A DNA stretch of 64,000 nucleotides from an uncultured delta proteobacterium (GTDB lineage: Bacteria; Myxococcota_A; Polyangia; Fen-1088). Under the pieces are notes generated by a model. The model searched no databases. It saw only the letters and a list, made by a program, of their open reading frames with translations, and was not told the origin of the DNA. A program made the translations under genes and the position numbers. Positions 1 through 9,791 of the stretch are shown here, one piece after another (position 1 is the first letter of the stretch; the number at the start of each line of letters is the position of its first letter). Location: contig CAWCMR010000008.1 in the NCBI GenBank assembly GCA_963796685.1, positions 288,001-352,000 of the forward strand, written 5' to 3'.

Positions 1-246
1 CACCTTGCGCTGCAACGTCCCGACGAACGAGGTGATCCACACATCGGACACGCCACCCAGGGTCGTGGTGGCAAAGGCCAAGCGATCGGCGAAGCGCACC
101 ATGGGCTGGTCGCCCACGGTGATGAATTGCGGGGACTCGATGTGGTCGCCGTGGAACAGGAGCTGACCCGTCGGCGCCGGCCCCGCGTCGAGACATCCCG
201 CGAGCGGGAGCAGGCAAAGAAGAACGATGGGCCGACGGTGATTCAT
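1..246 (-). CDS. Hypothetical lipoprotein, partial (runs off the window edge)
   Basis: Manual translation from ATG at 246: MNHRRPIVLLCLLPLAGCLDAGPAPTG..., with lipobox LAGC. The frame is open to position 1. Not in the ORF track. Confidence 0.6.
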   Translation of the reverse strand, partial: MNHRRPIVLLCLLPLAGCLDAGPAPTGQLLFHGDHIESPQFITVGDQPMVRFADRLAFATTTLGGVSDVWITSFVGTLQRKV

Positions 247-469
247 GGGTGCGACTCGCCGCCTACTTTAGCCCATGCCGCAGCAATGTACGACACCCCC
301 AGCACGGTCGTGGTGATGCTGGCCACTTGGGCCAGTTGCGGCGAACCGCGCGACGCGAGGGATGGGGCGCACGGATGGCTTTCGTCGCGCACCCAGCCAG
401 GGTGCAGGGGCGGCACAAGACGGGTCGATGGTGTAGAGATTGGCCACTGGGAAAGAATAGGAGGCTTCC

Positions 470-1435
470 ATGCAAGCGATACGACCCAAGCAGACCGGCG
501 GTCCCGAGGTTCTACAACTGACCGACGTGCCCACGCCCGCGCCCGGCCCCACCGAGGTACTGGTACGCGTGGAGGCCGCGGGGCTGAACTTCATCGACGT
601 TTACCAACGCACCGGACTTTATCCCCTGCCCTTGCCGCTGCCCATCGGGCTCGAGGGCGCGGGCACCGTCGAGCAGGTCGGTGGCGCCGTCGGCGATGTG
701 AAGGTGGGTGCGCGCGTGGCCTGGGCGGGGGTGCCCGGATCGTACGCGACCCACGTGGTGGCGCCGGCCGAGCGCCTGGTGCCGGTTCCCGACGCCGTCC
801 CCACCAACGCCGCCGCGGCACTGCTACTGCAGGGCATGACCGCGCACTATCTGACCAAGACGATCTTCCCGTTGCGCCCTGGGCACGTGGCGCTCGTGCA
901 CGCGGCGGCCGGGGGCGTTGGCCTGCTGCTGATTCAGCTGGCCAAGCGCGCGGGCGCCCTGGTCATCGGCACGGTTTCCACCAAGGCCAAGGCGACCCTG
1001 GCCAAGGAGGCAGGCGCCGACCACCTCGTCAACTACCGGATCGCCGACTTCGCAGCGGAAGCCAAGCGACTCACCGGCGGGCGCGGCGTGGACGTGGTCT
1101 ACGACAGTGTCGGCAAGACGACCTTCGATGGCAGCCTGGACGCCCTCGCCACGCGCGGACACCTCGTGCTGTACGGGCAATCGAGCGGCGTGGTGCGGAC
1201 GCTGGACCTTGCCCGGCTGGCCAAAGGCTCGTACTCCATCACCCGGCCGTCGCTCCACCACTACACGGCCACACGCGCCGAGCTTCTGTCCCGCGCGGGA
1301 GACCTCTTGGAGATGGTCGGCGCGGGCCAGCTGCACGTGCGCATCGACCGCACCTTTCCCCTCGCGCAAGCCGCCGACGCCCACCGCGCGCTCGAAGGAC
1401 GCGAGACCACGGGCAAGGTACTGCTGATTCCCTAG
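470..1435 (+). CDS. qor: NADPH:quinone oxidoreductase (zeta-crystallin/MDR family)
   Basis: GGPEVLQ, AAGLNFID, GLEGAG, HAAAGGVG, GVDVVYDSVG and TTGKVLL motifs; GGAGG RBS. Confidence 0.92.
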   Translation: MQAIRPKQTGGPEVLQLTDVPTPAPGPTEVLVRVEAAGLNFIDVYQRTGLYPLPLPLPIGLEGAGTVEQVGGAVGDVKVGARVAWAGVPGSYATHVVAPAERLVPVPDAVPTNAAAALLLQGMTAHYLTKTIFPLRPGHVALVHAAAGGVGLLLIQLAKRAGALVIGTVSTKAKATLAKEAGADHLVNYRIADFAAEAKRLTGGRGVDVVYDSVGKTTFDGSLDALATRGHLVLYGQSSGVVRTLDLARLAKGSYSITRPSLHHYTATRAELLSRAGDLLEMVGAGQLHVRIDRTFPLAQAADAHRALEGRETTGKVLLIP

Positions 1436-1594
1436 AGCACCGATCGGGTTGACTCCCGTCGTGAAATCGCGTATTTGCGTCGCGCCCCTGCGTTGCTCGT
1501 CGGTCAAATACGTCGAGTATTCTCCCTCCTCGCGCCTTGGGCCGCTCGCAACTGCGCAATTTCACTCGGTCCCTCAACCCGTTCGGTGCTCTAG
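1432..1594. mobile_element. MITE-like element of about 163 bp with terminal inverted repeats
   Basis: CTAGAGCACCGATCGGGTTGA (1432-1452) matches the reverse complement of 1574-1594 at 20/21. A second inner IR is GTGAAATCGCGTATTTGCG / CGCAACTGCGCAATTTCAC. CTAG at both ends. Confidence 0.65.
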
Positions 1595-1607
1595 CAGAGG
1601 CCCCGAG

Positions 1608-2435
1608 CTACTTGCCCAGCAGGCGTATGAGCGACGAGAAATCGTCGTCGCCCATGCCTTGCGCCTCGGCGCGCGCCAGGCATCCGCGCACGGCTTCGAG
1701 CAGGGGCATGGGCGTGCCTCCCGCGGCTTCGGCCAGCCGCATGTCCTTGTGCATGTGCTTGATGGAGAACTGCGGGGCGAAGTCGGCCGTCCTGAGCTTG
1801 CCCTCCTTGAGACGCGCCAGACCCGAGCTCGAAACATTCTTGGCCAGCACTCGAAAGTAGAGATCGTCATCGATGCCGGCCCGGCGGGCGAAGGTCAGGC
1901 TTTCGGACAGGGCTTGCATTTGCGCCGCGATATTGAGGTTCATGGCCAGTTTCAAGGCCGCCGCCTGGCGCACGCCGGGCAGGCGGAAGCGGGTCTCGGA
2001 GACCAAGGCAAGGAGCGGCTCGACGGCGTCGAGCGCCGCAGCGTCGCCCCCCATGAAGAACACGATCGTGCCCGACTCGGCGGCAGGCTTGCTGCCCGTG
2101 AACGGCGATTCGACGTAGAGCGCGCCGCTGGCGCGCACCCGCGCCTCGCAGGCCGCCGCGCTCTCGGGATCGATGGTGCTCGACTGCACCACCACTTTGC
2201 CCGAACCGAGAGCGGGCAGGATGGCCTCGAGCACCGACGCGACGGCCGGCGGATCGGCAACCACGATGTGGACAACGTCGGCCGCCGCCGCGACCTTGAG
2301 GGCGGTTGCCTTCCACTGCGGGGCATTCGGCTTCGCCGTGCGATTCCACGTGCCGGCAAGGCGCCCCGCCGCCTGGTAGCGCCCCGCCCAAGGCGCCCCG
2401 ATGATGCCAAGCCCAAGAACTCCGATGGTCTGCAT
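1608..2435 (-). CDS. NAD(P)-dependent beta-hydroxyacid dehydrogenase (3-hydroxyisobutyrate DH / 6PGDH family)
   Basis: GLGIIG Rossmann motif, WNRT, SSTI, ESPFTGS, KLAMN, FSIKHMHKD. Confidence 0.88.
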   Translation of the reverse strand: MQTIGVLGLGIIGAPWAGRYQAAGRLAGTWNRTAKPNAPQWKATALKVAAAADVVHIVVADPPAVASVLEAILPALGSGKVVVQSSTIDPESAAACEARVRASGALYVESPFTGSKPAAESGTIVFFMGGDAAALDAVEPLLALVSETRFRLPGVRQAAALKLAMNLNIAAQMQALSESLTFARRAGIDDDLYFRVLAKNVSSSGLARLKEGKLRTADFAPQFSIKHMHKDMRLAEAAGGTPMPLLEAVRGCLARAEAQGMGDDDFSSLIRLLGK

Positions 2436-2566
2436 GGGACGATTCTACCTGCAGCCGTCGCATGCGCACGCGAAGACGAGTGCACTCAGCGGGCGCAGCC
2501 ATCGCTCCATTCTTGCACACGATGGTCCGACCTTGTCGAACCGGCGCTTGATGCTAGCCTCACCGC

Positions 2567-3229
2567 ATGGCAACCATCGGAATCATCGGTGCGGGGATGA
2601 TCGGCAGCCAGCTTGCTCGACTGGCGATCAAGAACGGGTACGACGTCGTCATCAGCAACTCGCGTGCTCCCGCGACCCTCTCCGGCCTGGTCTCGGAGCT
2701 TGGGCCGAAGGCATGCGCGGCGACGCCCGCGGAAGCAGGCGCGGCCGGCGACATCGTGGTCGTGACCGTGCCCCTGCGAGCCTATCGGCAAATTCCCATC
2801 GAGCCGCTGGCGGGAAAAGTCGTCATCGACACCAACAACTACTACCCCGAGCGCGACGGCCACATCCCCGAGCTCGACAACGAGTCGACGACCACGGCGG
2901 AGCTGCTGGCGGCGCACCTGCCGAAATCGAAGGTCGTCAAGGCCTTCAACCACATTCACGCCGCTTCCCTGACCACCGAGGGCCAGCCGGCCGGCACCAA
3001 GAACCGCCGCGCCCTGGTCATCGCGGGCGACGACCAGAAGGCCAAGGCCATCGTCTCGTCCCTCATCGACAAGTTCGGCTTCGACGTGGTGGATGCGGGG
3101 CCGCTCAAGGAAGGGTGGCGCATCCAACGCGACACCCCCGGCTACGGGCCGCGCCGCACGGCCGAGGAGATGCGCCGAGATCTGGCGGAGGCCAAGCGCT
3201 ACGCGCAGATGAAACAGTCGGCCCGGTAG
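2567..3229 (+). CDS. NADP oxidoreductase, F420-dependent family
   Basis: IGIIGAGMIG, ISNSR, DTNNYYPERDG, VVKAFN, IAGDD, GFDVVDAGPL. Confidence 0.88.
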   Translation: MATIGIIGAGMIGSQLARLAIKNGYDVVISNSRAPATLSGLVSELGPKACAATPAEAGAAGDIVVVTVPLRAYRQIPIEPLAGKVVIDTNNYYPERDGHIPELDNESTTTAELLAAHLPKSKVVKAFNHIHAASLTTEGQPAGTKNRRALVIAGDDQKAKAIVSSLIDKFGFDVVDAGPLKEGWRIQRDTPGYGPRRTAEEMRRDLAEAKRYAQMKQSAR

Positions 3230-3334
3230 TGCAAAGACAACGTCCGGAAAGAGGGTGATCACCCGGGTGCAGACCCGCCTTCGATGCCGTGACCAGCCCG
3301 CCGTGCTGGCGATCAATGCTATCTTTGTCAGACC

Positions 3335-3928
3335 GTGGATGCCGAGCCGACCCGCTTGACAGGGGAAACCGCCCTGGTGCCTGCCGATCTGGTGCGCGCC
3401 ATCCTCGTGCTTCGCCTGTTCAGGTACCGCTGGCTCTACCTGGCAGGTGCCGGCCTGCTGGTCGTCATGGATGTCGCCATGAGTGGACCGGGCGGCACCA
3501 CACTGCAAGGCTTTGCGCCCTTTCTGGTCTTTACCGCCCTGTTCGCGGCATTTCTGTTCGCCGGACCTCACGTCTTCGCCAGGCGGGCCATCTCGGCCAT
3601 GCCCGACCCCACCGTGCACTGGGAGGTCGGGGAAGACGCGCTCACGATCGCGACCAGGGGAACGCGTGTCACGTGGAGCTGGGATCGAATCACCGCGTTC
3701 CGCGAGGAGGCGTCGGTCTTCCTGCTCTGGGTCCGTTCGGGCAACGTGCAGGCGATCCCGAAGCGGGCCTTCGCCCCGGACGGGGTGGCTTGGCTGCGCG
3801 CCAAGCTCGAACGGGCGATCGCACCTCGAAAAATGGGGCTCGGCCGTCGCATACGCTGGCTGCTCCTCTGGCTGGCGCTGGTGATCCTATTCCTCGTCGT
3901 CTGGCAACTTCTGAGCGGAGGGACCTGA
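3335..3928 (+). CDS. YcxB-like membrane protein
   Basis: Two N-terminal TM segments, W-S-W-x-x-I and IPKRAF motifs, and a C-terminal TM. Confidence 0.65.
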   Translation: MDAEPTRLTGETALVPADLVRAILVLRLFRYRWLYLAGAGLLVVMDVAMSGPGGTTLQGFAPFLVFTALFAAFLFAGPHVFARRAISAMPDPTVHWEVGEDALTIATRGTRVTWSWDRITAFREEASVFLLWVRSGNVQAIPKRAFAPDGVAWLRAKLERAIAPRKMGLGRRIRWLLLWLALVILFLVVWQLLSGGT

Positions 3929-4115
3929 TGCTCGTGGACAAGGCAAGCAGGTGCGGTCTCATCGTCGTCGTCGCCTCTGCCATCACGGCGTGCGGCGGAA
4001 TAGGGAGAAGAACCGTTACAGCCGGAGCCCGACAGCCTCCTGCAGCTCACCTCCGCCCTCGATCGGCACCGCCAGGCGGCCGAACAAGTCCCCTGGCAAT
4101 GATCGGGTTGGTGCC

Positions 4116-4337
4116 ATGAAGGAGCAGGCGTTGCGACGGTTCGCGGTCAAGCTGCGCGAGCGGCCGTTCGCCGCGCTGGCCCGCTTGCTCTCGGACTACC
4201 TCACCTACGTCGGCATGGTCGCGTTCTGGCTCTTCCTCGTGGTCAGCAAGCGGCCGCTGGCTTGGCTCGAAGGGCGAGTGGACCGGCCCATCCGCGAGCG
4301 CATCATCGCCTGGATCGCGCGCCTGGCCCGGGGTTGA
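4116..4337 (+). CDS. Small basic membrane protein (73 aa), upstream partner of the Psd-like gene
   Basis: MKEQALRRFAVKLRERP... with one hydrophobic segment; the stop lies 2 nt before the next ATG. Confidence 0.55.
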   Translation: MKEQALRRFAVKLRERPFAALARLLSDYLTYVGMVAFWLFLVVSKRPLAWLEGRVDRPIRERIIAWIARLARG

Positions 4338-4339
4338 CC

Positions 4340-4987
4340 ATGGATCCGTTCAGCTTCCTCGCCTGGCGCTTCTGGTACTTCTTCCGCGATCCGGTACGGC
4401 GCCCCCCGCCCGGTCGGAACGTGGTCTCACCGGCCGATGGCCGGGTTCTGTACGTCCGCCAGGTCCAGGCGGGCACGGTACCCAATCCGGTGAAGGCGGG
4501 GATCGCGGTTCCGCTCGACGATTGGCTCGGCACCCCGCCTCGCGTGGACGGCGGGACCTTGATCGGCATCTACATGACTCCGGTTTCGGTGCACTACAAC
4601 CGCGCGCCCATCGCGGGGCAGATCTCCGAGGTGGTCCCCCGTCCGGCCCGCGGTGAAAACCGTTCCATGGTGCGCGCCTTCATGCGCCTGGCCTGGGACA
4701 TGCCGCCATTCGAGCAAGACAGCCGGCACATCCTGGACAACGCGCGCAACACCATCGTCATCTGCGGCGATTTCCCCGTGGTCGTAATCCAGATGGCCGA
4801 CCGTTTCGTGAGCGAGGTGGATTGCTTCGTCAGCCCAGGCCAGCAGGTGCAGAAGGGCGACAAGATCGGCTTCATTCGCATGGGCTCCCAGTGCGATCTT
4901 TTCATCCCCGGTGTCGCCGGGCTGAGCCCGCGCTGCCAACCCGGTGACCGCGTGCGGGCCGGAGAGAGCATCCTGGCCGAGTATTGA
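4340..4987 (+). CDS. psd: Phosphatidylserine decarboxylase family proenzyme (pyruvoyl-dependent)
   Basis: YFFRDP, SPADG and HYNRAP motifs, and the RMGS self-cleavage site. Confidence 0.85.
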   Translation: MDPFSFLAWRFWYFFRDPVRRPPPGRNVVSPADGRVLYVRQVQAGTVPNPVKAGIAVPLDDWLGTPPRVDGGTLIGIYMTPVSVHYNRAPIAGQISEVVPRPARGENRSMVRAFMRLAWDMPPFEQDSRHILDNARNTIVICGDFPVVVIQMADRFVSEVDCFVSPGQQVQKGDKIGFIRMGSQCDLFIPGVAGLSPRCQPGDRVRAGESILAEY

Positions 4988-5012
4988 GGCTATTGAAACC
5001 GAGGTAATTTCC

Positions 5013-5041
5013 GTAGGGGCGGGTTTGAAACCCGCCCCTAC
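5013..5041. repeat. GTAG-family REP-like palindrome, probable bidirectional terminator
   Basis: GTAGGGGCGGGTTTGAAACCCGCCCCTAC is a perfect hairpin between convergent genes and overlaps the DUF3419 stop codon. Confidence 0.75.
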
Positions 5042-6223
5042 ACGGTTCCCACGAGGAATTCGTGCACCATGGCGAGGTCGTCGAGCGACAACCGTTGTTC
5101 GAGAGCGGAATCGCGGCTGATGCGGGTAGCGTATTCGCCGGGCAGCGGGCGATGCACGAAGATGCCGCGCGAACAAATGCGTGCCCCGGGCCGCGCCGTT
5201 CGCATGATCTGGTCCATGAGCGCGCCGAAATCGGTCTCGCTCAGGTACGAGGACACGTCCGCGATCGAGTAGGCGTCGAAGCTGCTGTCCCCGGCCGTGG
5301 CCAGGACCGTGGTGATGGGAGCGGTGACGGGCGTGATCCGGGTCGTCGCGAGCGCCTCCCGGATCCGCTCGTAGGGCCCCGGCTGCAGGTAGATCGGCAT
5401 GGCGGGCTCGTAGACGTAGCGGGCGAAGAAGACCAGTTGCAGCAGGTGACTGTCGCGCGCGACGTGGGTGCACAGGTAACGGTGGATGCAGTCGAAGATC
5501 CGGCTGTGCAACGGGACCTCGGGGGGAACGAACCGCCAAAAGCCCGGGTCGCGCGAGAACAGCTCGAGAAAAGAGCGGCGGCACAGGGTCTCGACGACGA
5601 AGCGCCAGATCCGGGTGTCCCAGCCCTCGATGAAGCGGCGTTGCTCGGCCACCTCCTGGCAACTGAATAGCCGGTTGACCCAGAGCGGCCGCACCACGTG
5701 AGCAACCCGCGCGACATGCACCAGGAAGCGCTCAAGGCTGCCCTGGAAGAGCACGCCTCGCTGGACGAGCTTCGGGTGCGTGTCGAAGTAGTCGCGCGCC
5801 GCACGCGACAGCGACGGCCGAACGCCTTGGTAGACCGCCTGGCGATCGCGGGCCTGGCGCACGCCGAGGAAGGCCAGGTAGGGCTCGTAGGCGAGCGCGC
5901 GCATGGCCGCGATCTTGCAGCTCGAGCAGGTGATTCTGCGTCGGGTTCACGTCGACCGCCAGGATCTCCCGCGGCCGGTCGTACAGCAGGTTGAGCACGC
6001 GACCACCCCCTGCGGTAACGCAGAGGACGCGCTTGTCCGGGGCAAGGCGCAAGGCTTCGAGCTCGCTGTGCGAATCCTCATTGCAGGACGAGTAGCTGAT
6101 GCGCCCGCTGTACTGTCGCCACGGAATGGCCGCCGGCTCCTGCACGGTGGGTGCCGGGCTCGCGGCCCGCCATGACACCGGTTGTGAAGTCTTCGCTGTC
6201 GGGCTGGTACCGTCATTCTCCAT
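5038..6223 (-). CDS. DUF3419/BtaA-family SAM:3-amino-3-carboxypropyl transferase (frameshift near 5917)
   Basis: N-terminal [16 protein letters not shown] and [14 protein letters not shown] motifs (frame of ORF 5732..6619) join KIAAMRAL...DVSSYL (ORF 5038..5904) once one extra base is removed. Confidence 0.8.
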
Positions 6224-6249
6224 GGGGTCTTTCCTCGCGCGTTGCTTGG

Positions 6250-7650
6250 CTAGCCGCGCTTGTTCGTGTCCATTTCGGGCTCGGCGGTAGGGCCGGTCAA
6301 GCCGAACTTGCGCATTCGGCGCAAGAGCTGAAAACGACTGATGCCGAGCAGCCTGGCCGCCTGCGCGCGCACGTTGCCGGCACGGCTCATCGCCTGGCGG
6401 ATCATCTGCACTTCGACGTCCAGCAACGAGCCCATGCCTGGCACGCCCGCGCGGGCGCCCGATGACGGCGACACGTCGTCCTGCCCCGGGGTGAGCATCC
6501 GTGACGGCAGGTGCTGCAGCTCGATGCGGGAGGTCTCGGTCAGGATCACGGCGCGCTCGATGATGTTCTTGAGCTCGCGCACGTTGCCGGGATAGGCGTA
6601 GGCGCGCAAGGCCCGGCACACCTCGACCGTGAGTGGCTCGGTGGTCTTGTGCATGCCCGCGCTGAACAGGACGCGGAAGTGCTCGGCCAGGAGTAGGATG
6701 TCGTCCCCGCGTTCCCGCAGCGGCGGGATATGGATGGGGAAGACGGCGAGCCGCTGGAAGAGATCCTGCCGAAAGCGGCCGGTCTTGACCAGGCTCGGCA
6801 GGTCTTGGTTGGTGGCCGCCACGATTCGTGCGCGCAAAGGCAGCTCTCGGGTCGAGCCCAGTCGGCGGAACGTGCGGCTTTCGAGCACCCGCAAGAGCTT
6901 GCCCTGGCCATGCTCCATGTCGCCGATCTCGTCGAGGAAGACCGTACCGTCGCGGGCATCTTCGAAGGCCCCGGCTCGAAGCTCGTGCGCGCCCGTGAAC
7001 GCGCCGCGCTCGTGCCCGAACAGCAAGCTCTCGGCCAGGTGCTCGGGCAACGCGAGGCAGTCGACCACGACGAAGGGCGAGCCCGCCGGGCGGGACAGCG
7101 CATGGACGTAGCGAGTTGCCACTTCCTTGCCCACGCCGGTCTCGCCGGTCAGAAGCAAGGTCGTGTCGGAGGCCACCGCCACCTTCTTGAGCTGGTCGAT
7201 CACCACCCGCATGGCGCTCGAATGCCCGAGGAGCCCATGGGCCTTCGCGTCGGCCGCGCCCCGGCTCCCCTCGCGCAGCCGGGCGCGCCGGTGCAGCTCG
7301 AGCACCCTCTCGAGGATGGGGGCGACGCTCGCCTCCTTGACGATGTAGTCCTCGGCGCCGTGCCGGATTGCCTGCACGGCGTTGGGGATGGTCTGGTAGG
7401 CGGTCATCATCACGACGGCGACGCTGGGTTGCTTGACCAGCAGCTGCGGGATGATGCGAATACCGTCATCATCGGGCAGACGATGATCGAGCAGGATCAC
7501 GCCGTACTGGTGCTTGGCGACGAGCTGAAGGGCTTCGCGACAGGTGTAAGCCACATCGCAATCGATCCCTTGCCGACCGATCTCGCGCCCTATCGTCTGC
7601 GCGTAGAGGGCCTCGTCATCGACGACCAAGGCGCGGAACGGCTCGGTCAC
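6250..7650 (-). CDS. Sigma54-dependent response regulator (NtrC family: REC-AAA+-Fis HTH)
   Basis: LVVDDE, LLD and MMTA receiver motifs, [36 protein letters not shown] and a C-terminal HTH. The GTG start overlaps the kinase stop. Confidence 0.93.
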   Translation of the reverse strand: MTEPFRALVVDDEALYAQTIGREIGRQGIDCDVAYTCREALQLVAKHQYGVILLDHRLPDDDGIRIIPQLLVKQPSVAVVMMTAYQTIPNAVQAIRHGAEDYIVKEASVAPILERVLELHRRARLREGSRGAADAKAHGLLGHSSAMRVVIDQLKKVAVASDTTLLLTGETGVGKEVATRYVHALSRPAGSPFVVVDCLALPEHLAESLLFGHERGAFTGAHELRAGAFEDARDGTVFLDEIGDMEHGQGKLLRVLESRTFRRLGSTRELPLRARIVAATNQDLPSLVKTGRFRQDLFQRLAVFPIHIPPLRERGDDILLLAEHFRVLFSAGMHKTTEPLTVEVCRALRAYAYPGNVRELKNIIERAVILTETSRIELQHLPSRMLTPGQDDVSPSSGARAGVPGMGSLLDVEVQMIRQAMSRAGNVRAQAARLLGISRFQLLRRMRKFGLTGPTAEPEMDTNKRG

Positions 7651-9544
7651 CGTGCACCATCCATCACGCTGCGCCTCGCGGGGAGCACGACCGTGGCCCG
7701 GCATCCGCCACCGTCGCGATCGCGCAGGTCGAGAAACCCTCCGTGGGCATGCGCGATCTTCTGGCACACCGCCAACCCCAAGCCGGTCCCGTTCTTCTTC
7801 GTCGTGAAGAACGGGCGCAGGCAATCGGCCGGGCTGGCCGGCAAGCCCGGGCCCCGATCCTCGACCGTGATGGCAACTTGCTGGCCCTGGCGAGCGGCGC
7901 CGCAGACGACCTCGCCCTCGTCCGGCGTGGCTTCGAGAGCATTGAGCAGGAGGTTGAACACGACCTGCTTCATGCCTTCGTAGTCGGCGTCGATGGTCAG
8001 CCCGGGATTCCAGCCGGCAGCGGATGGTCTTGCCGGTCGGTCGGTTCGCCCCCTCGAGCAGCCGGCGGACCTCGTCGACCAGCTCCCCCACGCGCACGCA
8101 GGTGACGGCCAGCTCGCGACGGGCCGCCAGGTAATCCTTGAGGGTCATATCCATGCGCAGGATCTCTTTGATCAGCGCCGCCAGGATCGGGTGCTGGCTT
8201 TGCGGGGTCTCCGGGTCCGAGCGCAGGCTCTCGAGGGTTGCCCCGATCGCGACCAGCGGATTGCGAATCTCGTGCGCCAGATGCGCCGCCATCTCGCTCA
8301 TGGTGGCGAGACGTTCCTGCTGTTCGAGATGATCGCCGTCGCGTTTCGCCGCGCCCCGGAGCACGAGCAAAAAGCCGACCAACTGGTGAGAATCGTCGGC
8401 GAGCAACAGCGCTTCGACCCGGACCGGGACCAGCGAGCCGTCGCGACGGCGGACGACGGTCGCCCGCTCGGAATAGGCGCGCTGGGGATCGACGATCTGA
8501 TGGCTGAGGATGTTCATCACCTCCTCGGGGGCCGAGAACAGCACGCCGATCGGCTGGCCGCAGAGGTCGGCCGAGTCGGCGCCCATCAGCTGGGAGGTGG
8601 CCGGGTTGCACGAGGTGATGCGGAAATTGGGGTCGACGAAGAGCGCTGGAGCCGGGTCACCCAGCGTCAACCGCACCAGCTGATTTTCGAGCGAGGCCGC
8701 GCTCTGCTGGGGGCAGGCCAGCAAGCACAGCACGCCGGGCCGGCCGTCGAGATCGAGTCGCGACAGCGTGCCACGCAGCCTGTCCGTCTATCTCGAAGCT
8801 GCGCTCCTCGAAGCTGCGCGACTCCTCGCAGCCACGCCCGCGCTCGTCGGCGTCGGCGGCCAGAAAGGCGCGGGCGTGGGCTGCGAGGGTTTGCAGGAGC
8901 TCGGGCGAGCGCAGGATTCGTTCGAGGGCCGCGCCCCCCCGCGGTCCATGGCCCCGCAGCTCGCCTCGATCGTCCAGCCACAGGCTGTCCTGCCGGTCGC
9001 TCGGCAGGTGGTCGAAGAGCGACTGGCCCTGGCCCATGAGGTCGTTCTCGATAATCTCGCCGATGCGCCGGGCATAGCGAATGAGCACCTCGCGCTGTTG
9101 GCGATTGAAGGCGTCCGAGCCTTCCTTCTCGAACAGGAGAACACCGTAGTTGCGCGTGCTGCTCAGCGCCGGTACGCAGGCGAAGCGCCGCTGGCCGATG
9201 AGTCGTTCGACCGAGGCCAAGACCAGGGGAGGCAGGGCCGCGCCCGCCAGCTCCTTGAGGGAGTTGGTTTCGCAGAACTCGGCCTCGCGCCAACAACGGT
9301 CGGCCAGGCTTCCGCGCGCGCTTTCCATGGGCCAGGAGCAATCGTCGAACTGCGCCCCCAGCAGCCGCTCGATGGTCGAGATGAGCGGCACGGCGTCGGC
9401 CATGATGCCCAGGTGGACACGGACTCGTCGGGATTTCTCGTTGAAGAGGACGAGATGGGTGGAGCTGCAACCCACGATCTTCGCGGCCCCGCGCAGGACC
9501 GCCTGGAGCAACTGCGCAAGGTTCGCCGACTCCACCTTCGTCAT
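7647..9544 (-). CDS. Cytoplasmic sensor histidine kinase, GAF-PAS-HisKA-HATPase (frameshifts near 8782 and 8008)
   Basis: Three ORF pieces: GAF-like (8657..9544), PAS plus AHEIRNPL H-box, and NLLLNA/DRGPG/PFFTTK/GTGLGL (7647..7973). No TM segments. Confidence 0.85.
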
Positions 9545-9622
9545 GTAGGCAGGGATGATACAAAAATGGGGGTGCTACGCCCACCTGCAATTCCAGTGGT
9601 CCCGCAATAGCCGCAGGAGGAC

Positions 9623-9658
9623 GTGGCCGTGGCCGTAGTCGTGGCCGTGGCCGTGGCC
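9623..9658. repeat. Hexamer tandem repeat (GTGGCC)n
   Basis: GTGGCC GTGGCC GTAGTC GTGGCC GTGGCC GTGGCC in the divergent intergenic region. Confidence 0.7.
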
Positions 9659-9692
9659 AGCGTGATCTTCGTCGACCATTCTCGGGGCTACC

Positions 9693-9708
9693 CGTGCGAT
9701 TTCGCACG
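9693..9708. promoter_or_regulatory. Palindromic putative enhancer (UAS) CGTGCGA-TT-TCGCACG
   Basis: Perfect 7-bp arms, centred about 90 bp upstream of the predicted sigma54 start site. The motif recurs at 16187-16220 and 19118-19152. Confidence 0.7.
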
Positions 9709-9761
9709 CCCGGCCCCTGCTGAGAGGGTATACAACGTAGATCAGCACACGCCGATCGAGG

Positions 9762-9777
9762 TGGTGCGGACCTTGCA
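9762..9777 (+). promoter_or_regulatory. Sigma54 -24/-12 promoter of the U32-OSC operon
   Basis: TGGTGC-GGACC-TTGCA fits TGGYRC-N5-TTGCW with GG-N10-GC spacing. Confidence 0.7.
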
Positions 9778-9791
9778 GGCCCCGCTCGCCC

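Noticed and set aside
6250-8733. 827-aa PAS-HisKA-REC-AAA+ fusion in the ORF track
   Set aside because: Artefact of the insertion near 8008. The HATPase is in another frame and ends in a GTGA overlap with the regulator start.
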